A stretch of DNA of 64,000 nt from Gemmatimonadaceae bacterium (GTDB lineage: Bacteria; Gemmatimonadota; Gemmatimonadetes; Gemmatimonadales; Gemmatimonadaceae), in the NCBI GenBank assembly GCA_045803545.1, contig JBJMOW010000004.1, forward strand, positions 192,001-256,000, written 5' to 3'. The notes under the pieces were generated by a model that saw only the letters and a list, made by a program, of their open reading frames with translations, was not told the origin of the DNA and did no database searches. Of the stretch, positions 10,143 to 19,822 are shown in pieces; position 1 is the first letter of the stretch, and each line of letters begins with the position of its first letter. The translations under genes and the position numbers were made by a program.

Positions 10143-11572
10143 TAAGTAGACGTGAAGCGCGCCAGCACCATTTTCTCAAGTTCCTTTTTTAGCGGCTCAA
10201 GCTCGATGGTTTCAAGTACGTCGGCAGCAAAGGCGTAGGTGAGCAGAGTGCGCGCGGTATCGCGCCCGATCCCGCGGCTGTTCAGATAAAACATCGCCAC
10301 CTCGTCGAGACGGCCAACGGTTGCGCCGTGGGTGCACTTAACGTCGTCGGCGAAAATCTCCAGCTGCGGTTTGGTGTCGACGCGCGCGCTCGGTGAAAGC
10401 AGAAGGTTGTTGTTGCTCTGCTTGCCGTCGGTCTTCTGCGCTTCCGGGTGGACGTAGACCTTCCCATTGAACACGCCGTGTGAGCGTCCGTCCAGCACTC
10501 CCTTGTACACCTCGTGACTCGGGCAATTCGGTGCGATGTGCTCGATGCTCGTCTGATTGTCGATGTGCTGAGTACCGTCGGTGAGATAAAGACCGTTCAG
10601 CGTGCACGTTGCCGCGTCCCCATCGAGCGAAGTGTAGATGTTCGTGCGCGCCAGCGATCCACCGGTCGCGAATGAGAACGAGTGCAGCCGGCTGTCGCGC
10701 GCTTCGCGCGCCTGCACTGTTCCTACGTGAAAGGCCGTTTCGCTCTCGCGCTGGATTTTATAGTGATCGATGTGCGCGCCGTCGCCGAGCACCATCTCGG
10801 TAACAGCGTTGGTGAAGTACTCGCCGTCGCGCAGCGACACGTAGCTCTCGACGAACACAGCCTGCGAATGCAGGCCCGCCACAATGAGATTGCGAGGATG
10901 CGAGACTCCGTCGCCATCGGAAACGAACAGGAGATGGATCGGCCTGTCGACGATCGCGCCCGGCTGTAGCTCGACGAAGGCTCCGTCGCTGATGAATCCG
11001 GTGTTGAGCGCAGTGAAAGCGTGCTGATCGAACCTGGCAATCTTGCCGAGGTAACGCTCGACGACCTCGGATCCTGACTTGATCGCTTGCGCGAGGCTGG
11101 ACGCGCGCACACCGTCGCCCAACGCAGCGAACGATGAGAGATCTTCGGCGAAGCCGCCGTTGATGAAGACCAGAGTGTGCCAATCACTCTCGCCGAAATT
11201 GAACCGGTCGAGTAGCGACGGCGCGATTCCCGCCGGATTCGTAACATCTCCTTTCCGACGCGCCGCGCCGCGCCGCTCGTTGTCGCCGTTCGCTTCTGAA
11301 ACTGTCGACAATCTGTACGAGCGCTCTGCAATCGGCGCGACGCTGGTAAAGTGCCAGTCTTCGTTTTTCGTCGTGGGGAATCCGAGCGCTTCGAAGCGGG
11401 CGATGCCCTGCTTCCGCAAAGACTGCAGCCACTCCGGGCCGAGGGGCAGACGCGCGAACTCTTCGCGATATGTCTCGATCGAGCCGGGCTTACGCGTGGT
11501 CACACCTTCGGCCTTGGATCCTTCCCTGGCCGAATTCTCACGCGTTGATTTTCTGATTGCTGTCTCAGTCAA
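10142..11572 (-). CDS. sufD: Fe-S cluster assembly protein SufD
   Basis: FPTTKNEDWHFT, VFNGKVYV, AQKTDG, KPQLEIFADDVKCTHGATVG. TTG start overlaps the sufC stop; GTG 11503 is an alternative. Confidence 0.93.
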   Translation of the reverse strand: MTETAIRKSTRENSAREGSKAEGVTTRKPGSIETYREEFARLPLGPEWLQSLRKQGIARFEALGFPTTKNEDWHFTSVAPIAERSYRLSTVSEANGDNERRGAARRKGDVTNPAGIAPSLLDRFNFGESDWHTLVFINGGFAEDLSSFAALGDGVRASSLAQAIKSGSEVVERYLGKIARFDQHAFTALNTGFISDGAFVELQPGAIVDRPIHLLFVSDGDGVSHPRNLIVAGLHSQAVFVESYVSLRDGEYFTNAVTEMVLGDGAHIDHYKIQRESETAFHVGTVQAREARDSRLHSFSFATGGSLARTNIYTSLDGDAATCTLNGLYLTDGTQHIDNQTSIEHIAPNCPSHEVYKGVLDGRSHGVFNGKVYVHPEAQKTDGKQSNNNLLLSPSARVDTKPQLEIFADDVKCTHGATVGRLDEVAMFYLNSRGIGRDTARTLLTYAFAADVLETIELEPLKKELEKMVLARFTST

Positions 11573-12339
11573 GCCACCGCTCCGGCAGCCGCAGGAGTGG
11601 AGCTCTGAATCCAATCGTAGCCCTTCTCCTCGAGCTCGAGCGCCAGCTCTTTCCCGCCTGACTTGACGATTCTGCCATTGGCGAGAACGTGCACGAAGTC
11701 AGGAACGATGTAGTTGAGCAAACGCTGATAGTGGGTGACCACGATCGTGGCGTTGTCGGGCGAGCGAAGCTTGTTCACGCCCTGCGCGACGATGCGAAGC
11801 GCATCGATGTCGAGGCCTGAATCGGTCTCATCGAGAATCGCGAGTCGCGGCTGGAGAACCGCCATCTGAAATATTTCGTTGCGCTTCTTCTCGCCGCCCG
11901 AGAATCCCTGGTTCACTGAGCGTGACAGCATCGACTCGTCCATGTCGACGAGCTTCAGTCTGTCCTGAACGAGATCGAGAAACTCCAGCGGATCAACTTC
12001 CTCCTGGCCGTTGGCTTTGCGAATCTCGTTGTACGCGCTGCGCAGGAAGTAGGCGTTGGAAACGCCGGGGATTTCAACCGGATACTGAAACGCGAGAAAG
12101 ATTCCGTTTTGCGCGCGGACTTCAGGGTCCAGCTCCAGCAGATTCTGGCCGTTATACGTCACGCTACCGCCAGTTACTTCGTACGAAGGATTCCCCGCGA
12201 GAACCTGTGCAAGCGTGGATTTGCCGGATCCGTTCGGCCCCATCACTGCATGCACCTCGCCCGCATTCACTCGTAGCGTAATGCCGCGAAGTATTTCACG
12301 ATCGCCGATGCCGGCGTGAAGATCATTTATTACGAGCAC
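11569..12339 (-). CDS. sufC: Fe-S cluster assembly ATPase SufC
   Basis: MGPNGSGKST, AFQYPVEIPGV, FSGGEKKRNE, LDETDSGLDID. Confidence 0.96.
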   Translation of the reverse strand: MLVINDLHAGIGDREILRGITLRVNAGEVHAVMGPNGSGKSTLAQVLAGNPSYEVTGGSVTYNGQNLLELDPEVRAQNGIFLAFQYPVEIPGVSNAYFLRSAYNEIRKANGQEEVDPLEFLDLVQDRLKLVDMDESMLSRSVNQGFSGGEKKRNEIFQMAVLQPRLAILDETDSGLDIDALRIVAQGVNKLRSPDNATIVVTHYQRLLNYIVPDFVHVLANGRIVKSGGKELALELEEKGYDWIQSSTPAAAGAVA

Positions 12340-12519
12340 GAAACCATTGATTGAAAGTTGTCTGAATCGCGTAAATCGCCTGGCTGAACAACGTCCAGTT
12401 TGCCGTGAAAGGATATCCCGGGGTGCGTGGGCCGGACCGCAGCCAGTTCCACCCAGCAGAGAGTTTGTCGCGGAGCTTTCTGAGCAGCATTAGCCGGGGT
12501 TGGCGGAATTGCGTTGATC

Positions 12520-13956
12520 TTAACCGACGCTTCCTTCGAGTGTGATACCAAGCAGCTGCTGCGCCTCCACCGCGAACTCCATCGGCAGCTCCTTGAACAC
12601 TTCGCGACAGAAACCGCTCACAATCATCGACACCGCATGCTCGGCGCTCAGTCCGCGCTGCTTCAGATAGAAGATCTGATCCTCACCGATCTTTGAAGTC
12701 GACGCCTCATGTTCGAGCGTCGCCGAATTGTTCTGCACTTCGATGTACGGAAACGTATGCGCACCGCACTTGTTGCCGATCAACATCGAGTCGCACTGTG
12801 TGTAGTTTCGCGCGCCGGCCGCCTTCGGCAAAACGCGAACGAGTCCGCGATAGCTGTTGTTTCCTTCTCCGGCGGAGATTCCCTTCGAAACGATCGTCGA
12901 CTTCGTGTTTCTGCCGATGTGGATCATCTTGGTGCCGGTGTCAGCCTGCTGCTTACGGTTCACGACGGCGACCGAGTAGAACTCCCCAGTTGAATTGTCG
13001 CCCTGAAGGATCACGCTCGGATATTTCCAGGTGATGGCTGATCCTGTCTCGACCTGCGTCCAGGAAATCTTCGAGTTGACACCAGCGGCTTTGCCACGCT
13101 TGGTAACGAAATTGTAGATGCCTCCTTTGCCCTCTGCATCACCGGCGTACCAGTTCTGCACCGTCGAGTACTTCACGGTCGCGTTGTCGAGTGCGATCAA
13201 CTCCACGACCGCGGCATGCAGCTGGTTTTCGTCACGCTTGGGTGCCGTGCATCCCTCGAGGTAGCTAACTGACGCGCCTTCGTCGGCGATGATCAGTGTC
13301 CGCTCGAACTGTCCGGTGTTCTTACTGTTGATACGGAAGTAAGTCGACAGCTCCATCGGGCACTTCACGCCCTTTGGCACATACCCGAACGAACCGTCGC
13401 TGAACACCGCCGCGTTGAGGGCCGCGAAGAAGTTGTCGCTGTGCGGCACGACCGTGCCGAGATATTTCTCGACCAGGTCCGGGTGATTCTGGACCGCTTC
13501 CCCGAATGAGCAGAAGATGATGCCGAGCTTCCCCAGCTCATGTTTCATCGTGGTGCCGACAGAGACGCTGTCGAAAATCGCATCGACCGCGACACCAGCG
13601 AGCATTTTCTGCTCGTTGAGCGAGATACCGAGCTTCTGATAGGTCTTCAGCAGCTCCGGATCTACTTCGTCGAGACTCTGTAGCGGCTTGACGCTCTTCG
13701 GCGCCGAGTAGTAGACGAGGGCATTGTAGTCGATCGCGGGATACTGGACGTTGCCCCAGTGCGGCTCCTTCATCGTCAGCCAGCGACGATACGCCTTTAG
13801 CCGCCACTCCAGCATGAACGCGGGCTCGTTCTTCTTCGAGGAGATGGTGCGGATGATGTCTTCGTTGAGGCCGGGCGGGACAGTGTCCGTCTCGACGTCG
13901 GTGACGAACCCGTACGCGTATTCCCGATTGACCAGCGCCTCAATTCCCGAACTCAT
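12520..13956 (-). CDS. sufB: Fe-S cluster assembly protein SufB
   Basis: [40 protein letters not shown]; start trimmed to ATG 13956. Confidence 0.97.
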   Translation of the reverse strand: MSSGIEALVNREYAYGFVTDVETDTVPPGLNEDIIRTISSKKNEPAFMLEWRLKAYRRWLTMKEPHWGNVQYPAIDYNALVYYSAPKSVKPLQSLDEVDPELLKTYQKLGISLNEQKMLAGVAVDAIFDSVSVGTTMKHELGKLGIIFCSFGEAVQNHPDLVEKYLGTVVPHSDNFFAALNAAVFSDGSFGYVPKGVKCPMELSTYFRINSKNTGQFERTLIIADEGASVSYLEGCTAPKRDENQLHAAVVELIALDNATVKYSTVQNWYAGDAEGKGGIYNFVTKRGKAAGVNSKISWTQVETGSAITWKYPSVILQGDNSTGEFYSVAVVNRKQQADTGTKMIHIGRNTKSTIVSKGISAGEGNNSYRGLVRVLPKAAGARNYTQCDSMLIGNKCGAHTFPYIEVQNNSATLEHEASTSKIGEDQIFYLKQRGLSAEHAVSMIVSGFCREVFKELPMEFAVEAQQLLGITLEGSVG

Positions 13957-13996
13957 TCCAACTCCTTGGCGTTTCTCAACTTCCCTTCTTAGATTC

Positions 13997-14026
13997 AATC
14001 TAAAGTAATCCTGTCGGGATAGTCAA
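13997..14026 (-). promoter_or_regulatory. Putative sigma70 promoter for sufBCD
   Basis: Minus strand TTGACT-N18-TAGATT. Confidence 0.4.
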
Positions 14027-14123
14027 GCGAACGGCTGTGTATCTATCCCCTTGTCTTGTCAATACTTACGCGACATGAGGCAAGCGGCCGCCCAGTTGGC
14101 CGGACACAATCTAGAGGCACCGA

Positions 14124-14531
14124 ATGACTGGCTCCGCGCGACCTCTTTGGGGGTCGATGGATGGCAATTCCGAGTTTGAGGCCGTGGCTTCGTTGAGTGA
14201 TCTGGCGGAGGGAACGGTTTTACAACGGGTGCGATCGAGTGGTGACGCAGTCTGCCTCGTTCGCTTTCAGAACGAAATTTCCGCTCTGAGCGACATCTGC
14301 ACTCATCAGCATTTTTCAATGTCGCTTGGCGACTTGCTCGCGAATGGCACGCTGCAATGCGCATGGCACGGCGCGAGTTACGACTGCCGGACCGGTGAAG
14401 TGAAGCAGGTTCCGGCCACCAGTCCGCTGCCGGTGTTCCAGGTGCGTGTCGAAGGCGATCAGATAATGGTCGGTCCGCGCTGCAAGCGCGTCGACGGGAA
14501 GTACGAGCCATCAACTGTACGCGTTCCGTGA
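14124..14531 (+). CDS. Rieske [2Fe-2S] ferredoxin (suf-associated)
   Basis: CTH...CAWH Rieske motifs. True start could be the later ATG (MDGNSEF). Confidence 0.88.
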   Translation: MTGSARPLWGSMDGNSEFEAVASLSDLAEGTVLQRVRSSGDAVCLVRFQNEISALSDICTHQHFSMSLGDLLANGTLQCAWHGASYDCRTGEVKQVPATSPLPVFQVRVEGDQIMVGPRCKRVDGKYEPSTVRVP

Positions 14532-15742
14532 ACCTCCGCTCAGACTTTCCCATCCTCGCGCGAAATCCCGATCTCCATTACCTGGATTCGGCGGCGACAT
14601 CGCAGAAGCCGCAGGTTGTGCTCGATGCGCTTCGGGAGTTTTACGAAACGTCGAACGCCAATCCGCATCGCGGCGCGTACTCACTCTCGGTGCGCGCGAC
14701 CGAGCTCTATCATCAGTCGCGAGCGCTGATCGCCGAGTTCCTTGGCGTTCGTGATTCGGATTGTCTGATCTTCACGCGCGGCACAACCGAGGGTCTGAAT
14801 CTCGTCGCCGGCTCATGGGGCTGGGCAAACGTCGGGTCCGGCGACGAGATCGTCGTCACCGCTCTCGATCACCACGCGAACTTTGTCCCGTGGCAGGTGC
14901 TCGCTGCGCGGAAAGGTGCAAAGTTCCGCATTTGCGAGCTCACGCCGGATGAGAGAATCGATCTCGATCACCTGGCAAAACTGGTGAGTGCGCGCACGAA
15001 GGTGGTCGCGTTCAACCATGTGTCCAACGCGGTCGGCACGATCAATCCGGTCACCGATATTGTGCGGATCGCTCGCGAAAACAGCGACGCGATTCTCGTC
15101 TGCGATGGAGCGCAAAGCGCTCCCCACTTTCCGGTTTCGTTCGATTCCCTGGGCGTCGACTTCTATGCGTTCAGCGGCCACAAAATGCTGGGGCCGATGG
15201 GAATCGGCGGCTTGATCGGGACGCGCGCAATGCTGGAGTCGATGCCGCCTTATCAGACTGGCGGAGACATGATCGAGTTCGTTCACGACGATCGCACGAC
15301 CTGGAACGTGTTGCCGCACAAATTCGAGGCGGGAACACCGAATGCCGCCAACGCGGTCGCTCTCGCCGCAGCAGTCGATTATCTCGCGGGGATTGGAATG
15401 GACCGGGTGATCGCACACGAGCGTTCACTAATATCGCGCGCTCAGGAGAGGCTTTCCGCTGTCGAAGGCATTCGTATTTACGGGCCGCCGCCCGCCGAGC
15501 GCAGTGGAGTCGTCAGCTTTACGATGAACGATGTCCATCCGCACGACCTTGCGACGGTTCTCGATGGCGAGGGCGTCTGCATTCGCGCGGGACATCACTG
15601 TGCACAGCCACTCATGCGTCGCCTCGACGTGCCGGCGACGGCGCGCGCGTCATTCTACGTATACAACGATGAGAGCGACATCGACGCACTCGTTGCTGGC
15701 ATGCTCAAGGCGCGCGAGATCTTTTCTTATGCCGCGTCCTGA
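14528..15742 (+). CDS. sufS: Cysteine desulfurase SufS
   Basis: YLDSAATSQKP, FSGHKMLGP (PLP Lys), RAGHHCAQP. Confidence 0.96.
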   Translation: MNLRSDFPILARNPDLHYLDSAATSQKPQVVLDALREFYETSNANPHRGAYSLSVRATELYHQSRALIAEFLGVRDSDCLIFTRGTTEGLNLVAGSWGWANVGSGDEIVVTALDHHANFVPWQVLAARKGAKFRICELTPDERIDLDHLAKLVSARTKVVAFNHVSNAVGTINPVTDIVRIARENSDAILVCDGAQSAPHFPVSFDSLGVDFYAFSGHKMLGPMGIGGLIGTRAMLESMPPYQTGGDMIEFVHDDRTTWNVLPHKFEAGTPNAANAVALAAAVDYLAGIGMDRVIAHERSLISRAQERLSAVEGIRIYGPPPAERSGVVSFTMNDVHPHDLATVLDGEGVCIRAGHHCAQPLMRRLDVPATARASFYVYNDESDIDALVAGMLKAREIFSYAAS

Positions 15743-16172
15743 TTCCGCCGAGCTTTCGGCGCTGTACCAGGAGATGATCCTGGATCATTACCGGCGGCCG
15801 CGCAACAAAGGCACAATGGAGAACGCTGACGCCAGCGTGGAGATGAAGAACCCGCTTTGCGGGGACGAGATCGGATTGCAGGTCGTGTTCGACGGCGATC
15901 AGATCAGCGATGTGAAGTTCTCAGGACGCGGCTGCTCGATCTCCCAGGCGTCCGCCTCGATGATGACGCAACTGCTCAAGGGCAAGACACGTGCGGAGAT
16001 TGAATCCATTCGCACGCAATTTCGCGAGCTGATGCTTGGAACTACGAAGGCGAGTGACGATCTCGGGCCTTTGCGTGCGCTCTCTGGAGTCGCGCGGTTT
16101 CCAGCGCGTGTGAAATGCGCCCTCCTGGCGTGGAACGCCCTGGAGAGAGCGCTGTCAGCGAATCAAAGCTGA
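15729..16172 (+). CDS. sufU: SUF-system sulfur-transfer protein SufU
   Basis: LYQEMILDHY, NPLCGD, GCSISQASAS, RVKCALLAW; start trimmed to ATG 15729. Confidence 0.93.
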   Translation: MPRPDSAELSALYQEMILDHYRRPRNKGTMENADASVEMKNPLCGDEIGLQVVFDGDQISDVKFSGRGCSISQASASMMTQLLKGKTRAEIESIRTQFRELMLGTTKASDDLGPLRALSGVARFPARVKCALLAWNALERALSANQS

Positions 16173-16241
16173 GGCTCTAGCGACCTTTTGACCGTCGGCG
16201 AAGTCAGCGGCATCCAATTGGACAACATCGGTGGAGTACGG

Positions 16242-16643
16242 ATGACAAACACAAGACTGCTGTTCGCACTGACCTGTCTGAATCTCGTTCTGCTAACCGC
16301 ATTGCTGATCGAGCGGGTCCAGCCTGCATTCGCGAAGCCGACCGTGTCGCCGGTACTTCGCGGCAGTGCACTAGAGATAGTAGACGCGCAGGGTCGCACG
16401 CGCGCTCAGCTCGGCGTCTTTCCGCCGTCGACCGTCGGGGGGAAGAACTATCCGGAGACTGTCCTATTCAGATTGATCGACCCGCAGAGTGGCCCGGTTG
16501 TGAAAATCGGCGCGGGGAGTAACGGTGGTGCGATCGGTTTAACTGACGGCGCGGATCGCGGCGTACAGATCTTCGCCCACGACACCGGAAGTCTGGTGCG
16601 AATTGTAGATCGAAGCGGTCGCGAGAAAATCATGAGACCCTAG
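16242..16643 (+). CDS. Hypothetical exported protein
   Basis: GGAG SD; N-terminal hydrophobic segment; LEIVDAQGRTRA motif. Confidence 0.7.
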   Translation: MTNTRLLFALTCLNLVLLTALLIERVQPAFAKPTVSPVLRGSALEIVDAQGRTRAQLGVFPPSTVGGKNYPETVLFRLIDPQSGPVVKIGAGSNGGAIGLTDGADRGVQIFAHDTGSLVRIVDRSGREKIMRP

Positions 16644-16794
16644 CAAGACCGCCCTTCGCGAGACGCGCGTTATTGTGGTGTCGGCCAAAGCCGGCCATCA
16701 TCTCATAGGTTACTCGAACGTCAGCGGATACGCTGTTGGACACGATTAGCTTGGACATCTTCATTTCTCTTTCGCAGTCTGACGAGGCCATAGC

Positions 16795-17238
16795 ATGAAG
16801 TTTCTGGTCATCATTTACAACGATCCGGCAATGCTCGACGCGATGCCGCAGCAGGAATTCGACGAAACCATGCGCGGATGCATCGAGCACGCCGACGAGC
16901 TGAAAACCAAGGGCAGTCTAATTGAGTCACAGCAGCTCGAGAATCCGAAGACGGCTAAGACGCTCCGTCGCCGCAACAGCCGTCTGACTATCACCGACGG
17001 TCCCTTTGCCGAAACCAAAGAGATTCTCGCCGGGTTCAATCTGATCGAAGCCGAGGACATGGACGAAGCTGTTCGCATCGCCTCCGAATTTCCGTGGGCT
17101 GAAACTGGCTCGATAGAAGTGCGACCGATTCGCGATTTCGAGGCCGTGCGTGACCGTGTTGGCGCATCGCGGGAAAAGGAGGGCGGGAAGCGGGAAGCGA
17201 AAACGTCACGATCAGCGCAAAGGGAGGCAGTGAAATGA
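16795..17238 (+). CDS. YciI-like DGPF-domain protein
   Basis: TDGPFAETKEILAGF, IEVRP. Confidence 0.9.
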   Translation: MKFLVIIYNDPAMLDAMPQQEFDETMRGCIEHADELKTKGSLIESQQLENPKTAKTLRRRNSRLTITDGPFAETKEILAGFNLIEAEDMDEAVRIASEFPWAETGSIEVRPIRDFEAVRDRVGASREKEGGKREAKTSRSAQREAVK

Positions 17239-17423
17239 AAGCGTACTTAATCACCACCGGTGTCGTTTTCGGGCTGCTGACAATCATTCACCTGTGGCAG
17301 ATGTTTTCGGAGACAGGCCTTCACGGCAACCGGGATCCATGGTTCGTCGTCATCACACTGCTCTCGGCAGGCTTCTGCATCTGGGCCTTCCAGCTACTAC
17401 GGAAGACGTCACGCACGACGTGA
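17235..17423 (+). CDS. Small 2-TM membrane protein
   Basis: ATGA overlap with the upstream gene; two hydrophobic helices. Confidence 0.65.
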   Translation: MKAYLITTGVVFGLLTIIHLWQMFSETGLHGNRDPWFVVITLLSAGFCIWAFQLLRKTSRTT

Positions 17424-18674
17424 GCGGTCGATAAGCTCGACGATCTCCTGCCGTCGAAAAAAGGTCGCCCAGCCATGCGCATCGCTGTCGTGCGCGCTGT
17501 CGCGAATGGTGGAGTCCGCGCCCGCCTCGAGCAGTGCGCGCGCGACATCGACGTGACCTGACAGCACGGCCAGATGTAGAGGAGTAAGCATCGAACCCCA
17601 GTGATTCCAGAGCCCGTCTGGATTCGCACCTCGGGTCAGGAGCCATCTGACAGCGGCGATGTTTCCACGTTTGGCCATCAGATGCAGTACGCCGTCCCTG
17701 TTGAGCGTTGACGGGTCGCTTTCCAGGATCTCCGCGGCAGCCTGTAGATCCCCGAGCCCGAGTGCCACGGTCAAGGTCGGTCCGACTCGCTCACGCATTG
17801 CCCTCAGTACCGGAGCGTCGACGTCGGGCTCGGTTGCATAGGCGACGGCTGTGAAACCGGATGCATCGGTCGCCAATGGATCTGCTCCAAGCTCCAGCAG
17901 TAACTCAATCATCCCTCGCAGCTGTGCGTGGACGGCAAAATGGAGCGGCAGCCGAAAATTTTCGTTGTGGCTCTGCGGCCGTCTGAGTTGCGCCGGGTCG
18001 TGCGCAACGATGCGACGAACTTCATCCGCATCGTTCAGCGCCATCGCCGAGTAGATATGGTGACGTGCGCCCCGACTGACGAGGAAGTCGGCGATCGCGC
18101 GACGCGCGGCATTGTCGACGACTTCCCAACCCGTTGCCCAGCCAATCACCTGGAGCGCGTGATCGTCGCCCTCACCGATGACGTCGCCGCCGGCGTCAGC
18201 GAGTCTCCGCACTATCTCGAAATGACCCGCCGCCGCCGCCCAATGCATCGCGTAGGTATTGTCGCCTTTTTCTCGGGTGTTCGGATCGAGCCCGCGATCG
18301 AGCAGTAGGTCAACGACATCGAGGTGACCGTTGTGTGCGCCGACGTGAAGCAGAGTGTGCTCGTAAGGCTGGTTGCGCGCGTAGAGCTTTTCGGGATGCG
18401 CCTCGAGCAGCGAGCGCAGCTTGTCCGCGTCGCCGCTGCGCGCGGCAGCGAACAGCTGGCCATCCAGAGTCAGGGAATCGACATGCGCTTTCAGAGCGCG
18501 CCAACTGGGAAAGCCATACCGGCGTGCTACGTCGAGTTGGGCTTCGGCCAGTTTTGCCCTGGAGCTCGTTTTACGAATCTCTTGCAGGCGTTGCTTCGCC
18601 TGCTTGCGAAGCCATTCGAGATTCGGCGTGGCCGGCAAGCTGAGCGCGCCGGACTCGGAGGTCTGCTCGGACAT
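17409..18674 (-). CDS. Ankyrin-repeat protein with N-terminal LP..PNLE.LRKQAK...A.L.VA..YGF.SW module
   Basis: Multiple TLLH/TPLH..A..G ankyrin repeats; start trimmed to ATG 18674 behind an AGGAAAGAAGG SD. Confidence 0.9.
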   Translation of the reverse strand: MSEQTSESGALSLPATPNLEWLRKQAKQRLQEIRKTSSRAKLAEAQLDVARRYGFPSWRALKAHVDSLTLDGQLFAAARSGDADKLRSLLEAHPEKLYARNQPYEHTLLHVGAHNGHLDVVDLLLDRGLDPNTREKGDNTYAMHWAAAAGHFEIVRRLADAGGDVIGEGDDHALQVIGWATGWEVVDNAARRAIADFLVSRGARHHIYSAMALNDADEVRRIVAHDPAQLRRPQSHNENFRLPLHFAVHAQLRGMIELLLELGADPLATDASGFTAVAYATEPDVDAPVLRAMRERVGPTLTVALGLGDLQAAAEILESDPSTLNRDGVLHLMAKRGNIAAVRWLLTRGANPDGLWNHWGSMLTPLHLAVLSGHVDVARALLEAGADSTIRDSAHDSDAHGWATFFRRQEIVELIDRSRRA

Positions 18675-18820
18675 AGGGCACCTTCTTTCCTTTGAAAGAG
18701 CGAGCTCTTTCGTCGCGCCCGATGTCCGCATTGCGGGCGAGGAATGAAGGTAATGGCGATAAACTGTAGAAGTGGGTTGAACCCTTTACGCGGACCGTCG
18801 GCCGCCCCTCGGCCCTGACC
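18675..18820 (-). promoter_or_regulatory. Candidate structured 5' leader RNA of the ankyrin gene
   Basis: Stems GTCCGCGT/ATGCGGAC, GGGT-TCA-ACCC, GAAAGAG/CTCTTTC and AGGGC/GCCCT; anti-SD CCTTCATTCCT is 10/11 complementary to the SD region. Confidence 0.55.
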
Positions 18821-18889
18821 GAATCTGAGTTCAGCTAGCGCCGATGGCAACCAGCCTTGACGGCGAAAACCAGACACTACATCGTGAAG

Positions 18890-19045
18890 GCGGCGTCGAA
18901 TCCGCGCCCAACCTCTTGAGACTCCGCCCGGCCGGAGTCCGTAGCGAGGCAAAGGGGGGCAAACTCCCGGATTGATCGTCAGTCCTTTGCGTCACCGCGG
19001 CGCGCTGCTGGGAGAGCACCGTGGTGTGTCCAAAGGAGATTGACG
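18890..19045 (+). promoter_or_regulatory. Candidate structured 5' leader RNA (three hairpins plus loop-loop pairing)
   Basis: GACTCCG/CGGAGTC, GCAAAGGG/TCCTTTGC, CACCGCGG/CCGTGGTG; loops CTCCCGG and CTGGGAG are complementary; TTGACG -35-like element at 18857. Confidence 0.55.
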
Positions 19046-19714
19046 ATGACTTCCAACAAGGATTTCAAGCGCCTCGTTCGCGCTCGCATGAAGAAGACCG
19101 GTGAAGCGTACACCACCGCCCGGTCGAACGTCCTCAAGAAACCCAAGAAAAACACGGCGATCGATTACGCCGGGCTTGCCGGCATGAGTGACTCCGTGAT
19201 CGAGGAGAAAACTGGCCGCAATTGGGAGCGCTGGGTTAAAGCGCTCGATCACGATGGCGCCGAGAAAATGCCGCATGGTGAGATCGCTGCGCTGGTGAAA
19301 AAAACTTACAAGGTCGGCGAGTGGTGGTCGCAGACCGTGACCGTTGGCTACGAGCGCATCAAAGGACTTCGTGCCAAAGGTCAGCGGCGCGACGGGAGCT
19401 ATGAGGCGAGTAAGTCTCGAACCTTCGACGTGCCGGTCAAAACTCTGTTCGCGGCGTGGGCAGACGGTGTTACCCGCCGGCGCTGGTTGAGTGGAGCGAC
19501 AGTGCGAATTCGCACTGCCACCGAACCAAAGTCAATGCGCCTCGACTGGAACGAATCCATTGTTGCCGTTGGATTCGCGCCGAAAGGAAGCTCCCGGAGC
19601 TCCGTTGCGGTCCAGCACACCAAGCTGCCCGATCGTGAAACAGCTAAGGAGCTGAAGGAATACTGGGCGGCACGTCTCGACGCACTCGGCAATGTGCTCG
19701 CCAGGCGATCATAG
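19046..19714 (+). CDS. Protein with basic N-terminal KRLVRARMKKTGEAYTTAR module, DUF4287-like middle and SRPBCC/AHSA1-like C-terminus
   Basis: AAGGAG SD 7 nt before ATG 19046; EEKTGRNWERW...HGEIA...WWSQTV; SKSRTFDVPVKTLFAAWAD...LKEYWAARLDAL. Confidence 0.8.
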   Translation: MTSNKDFKRLVRARMKKTGEAYTTARSNVLKKPKKNTAIDYAGLAGMSDSVIEEKTGRNWERWVKALDHDGAEKMPHGEIAALVKKTYKVGEWWSQTVTVGYERIKGLRAKGQRRDGSYEASKSRTFDVPVKTLFAAWADGVTRRRWLSGATVRIRTATEPKSMRLDWNESIVAVGFAPKGSSRSSVAVQHTKLPDRETAKELKEYWAARLDALGNVLARRS

Positions 19715-19822
19715 CTGAAGGCGGAGCCGTTGGCTGCATGAAGGTGGCCGGCAACAGAAACGATTCTCCCGAGCCTCATTCACTCATGCTAGAATGAGGC
19801 TCGGATCCCTCCGGCTATCAGT

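Noticed and set aside
12340..12519. 180-nt gap between sufB and sufC, and ORF 12330-12551
   Set aside because: The ORF overlaps both neighbours and has no motif; I could not find a convincing hairpin or repeat in the gap.
16679..16705. Possible second ECF42 promoter (TGTCGG) upstream of the DGPF gene at 16795
   Set aside because: No CG(A/T)C -10 element at 16-17 nt spacing.
18774..18784. GGGTTCAACCC as the T-arm of a tRNA
   Set aside because: The loop is too short for a 7-nt T-loop, and no acceptor, D or anticodon arms can be built around it. Kept only as part of the leader structure.
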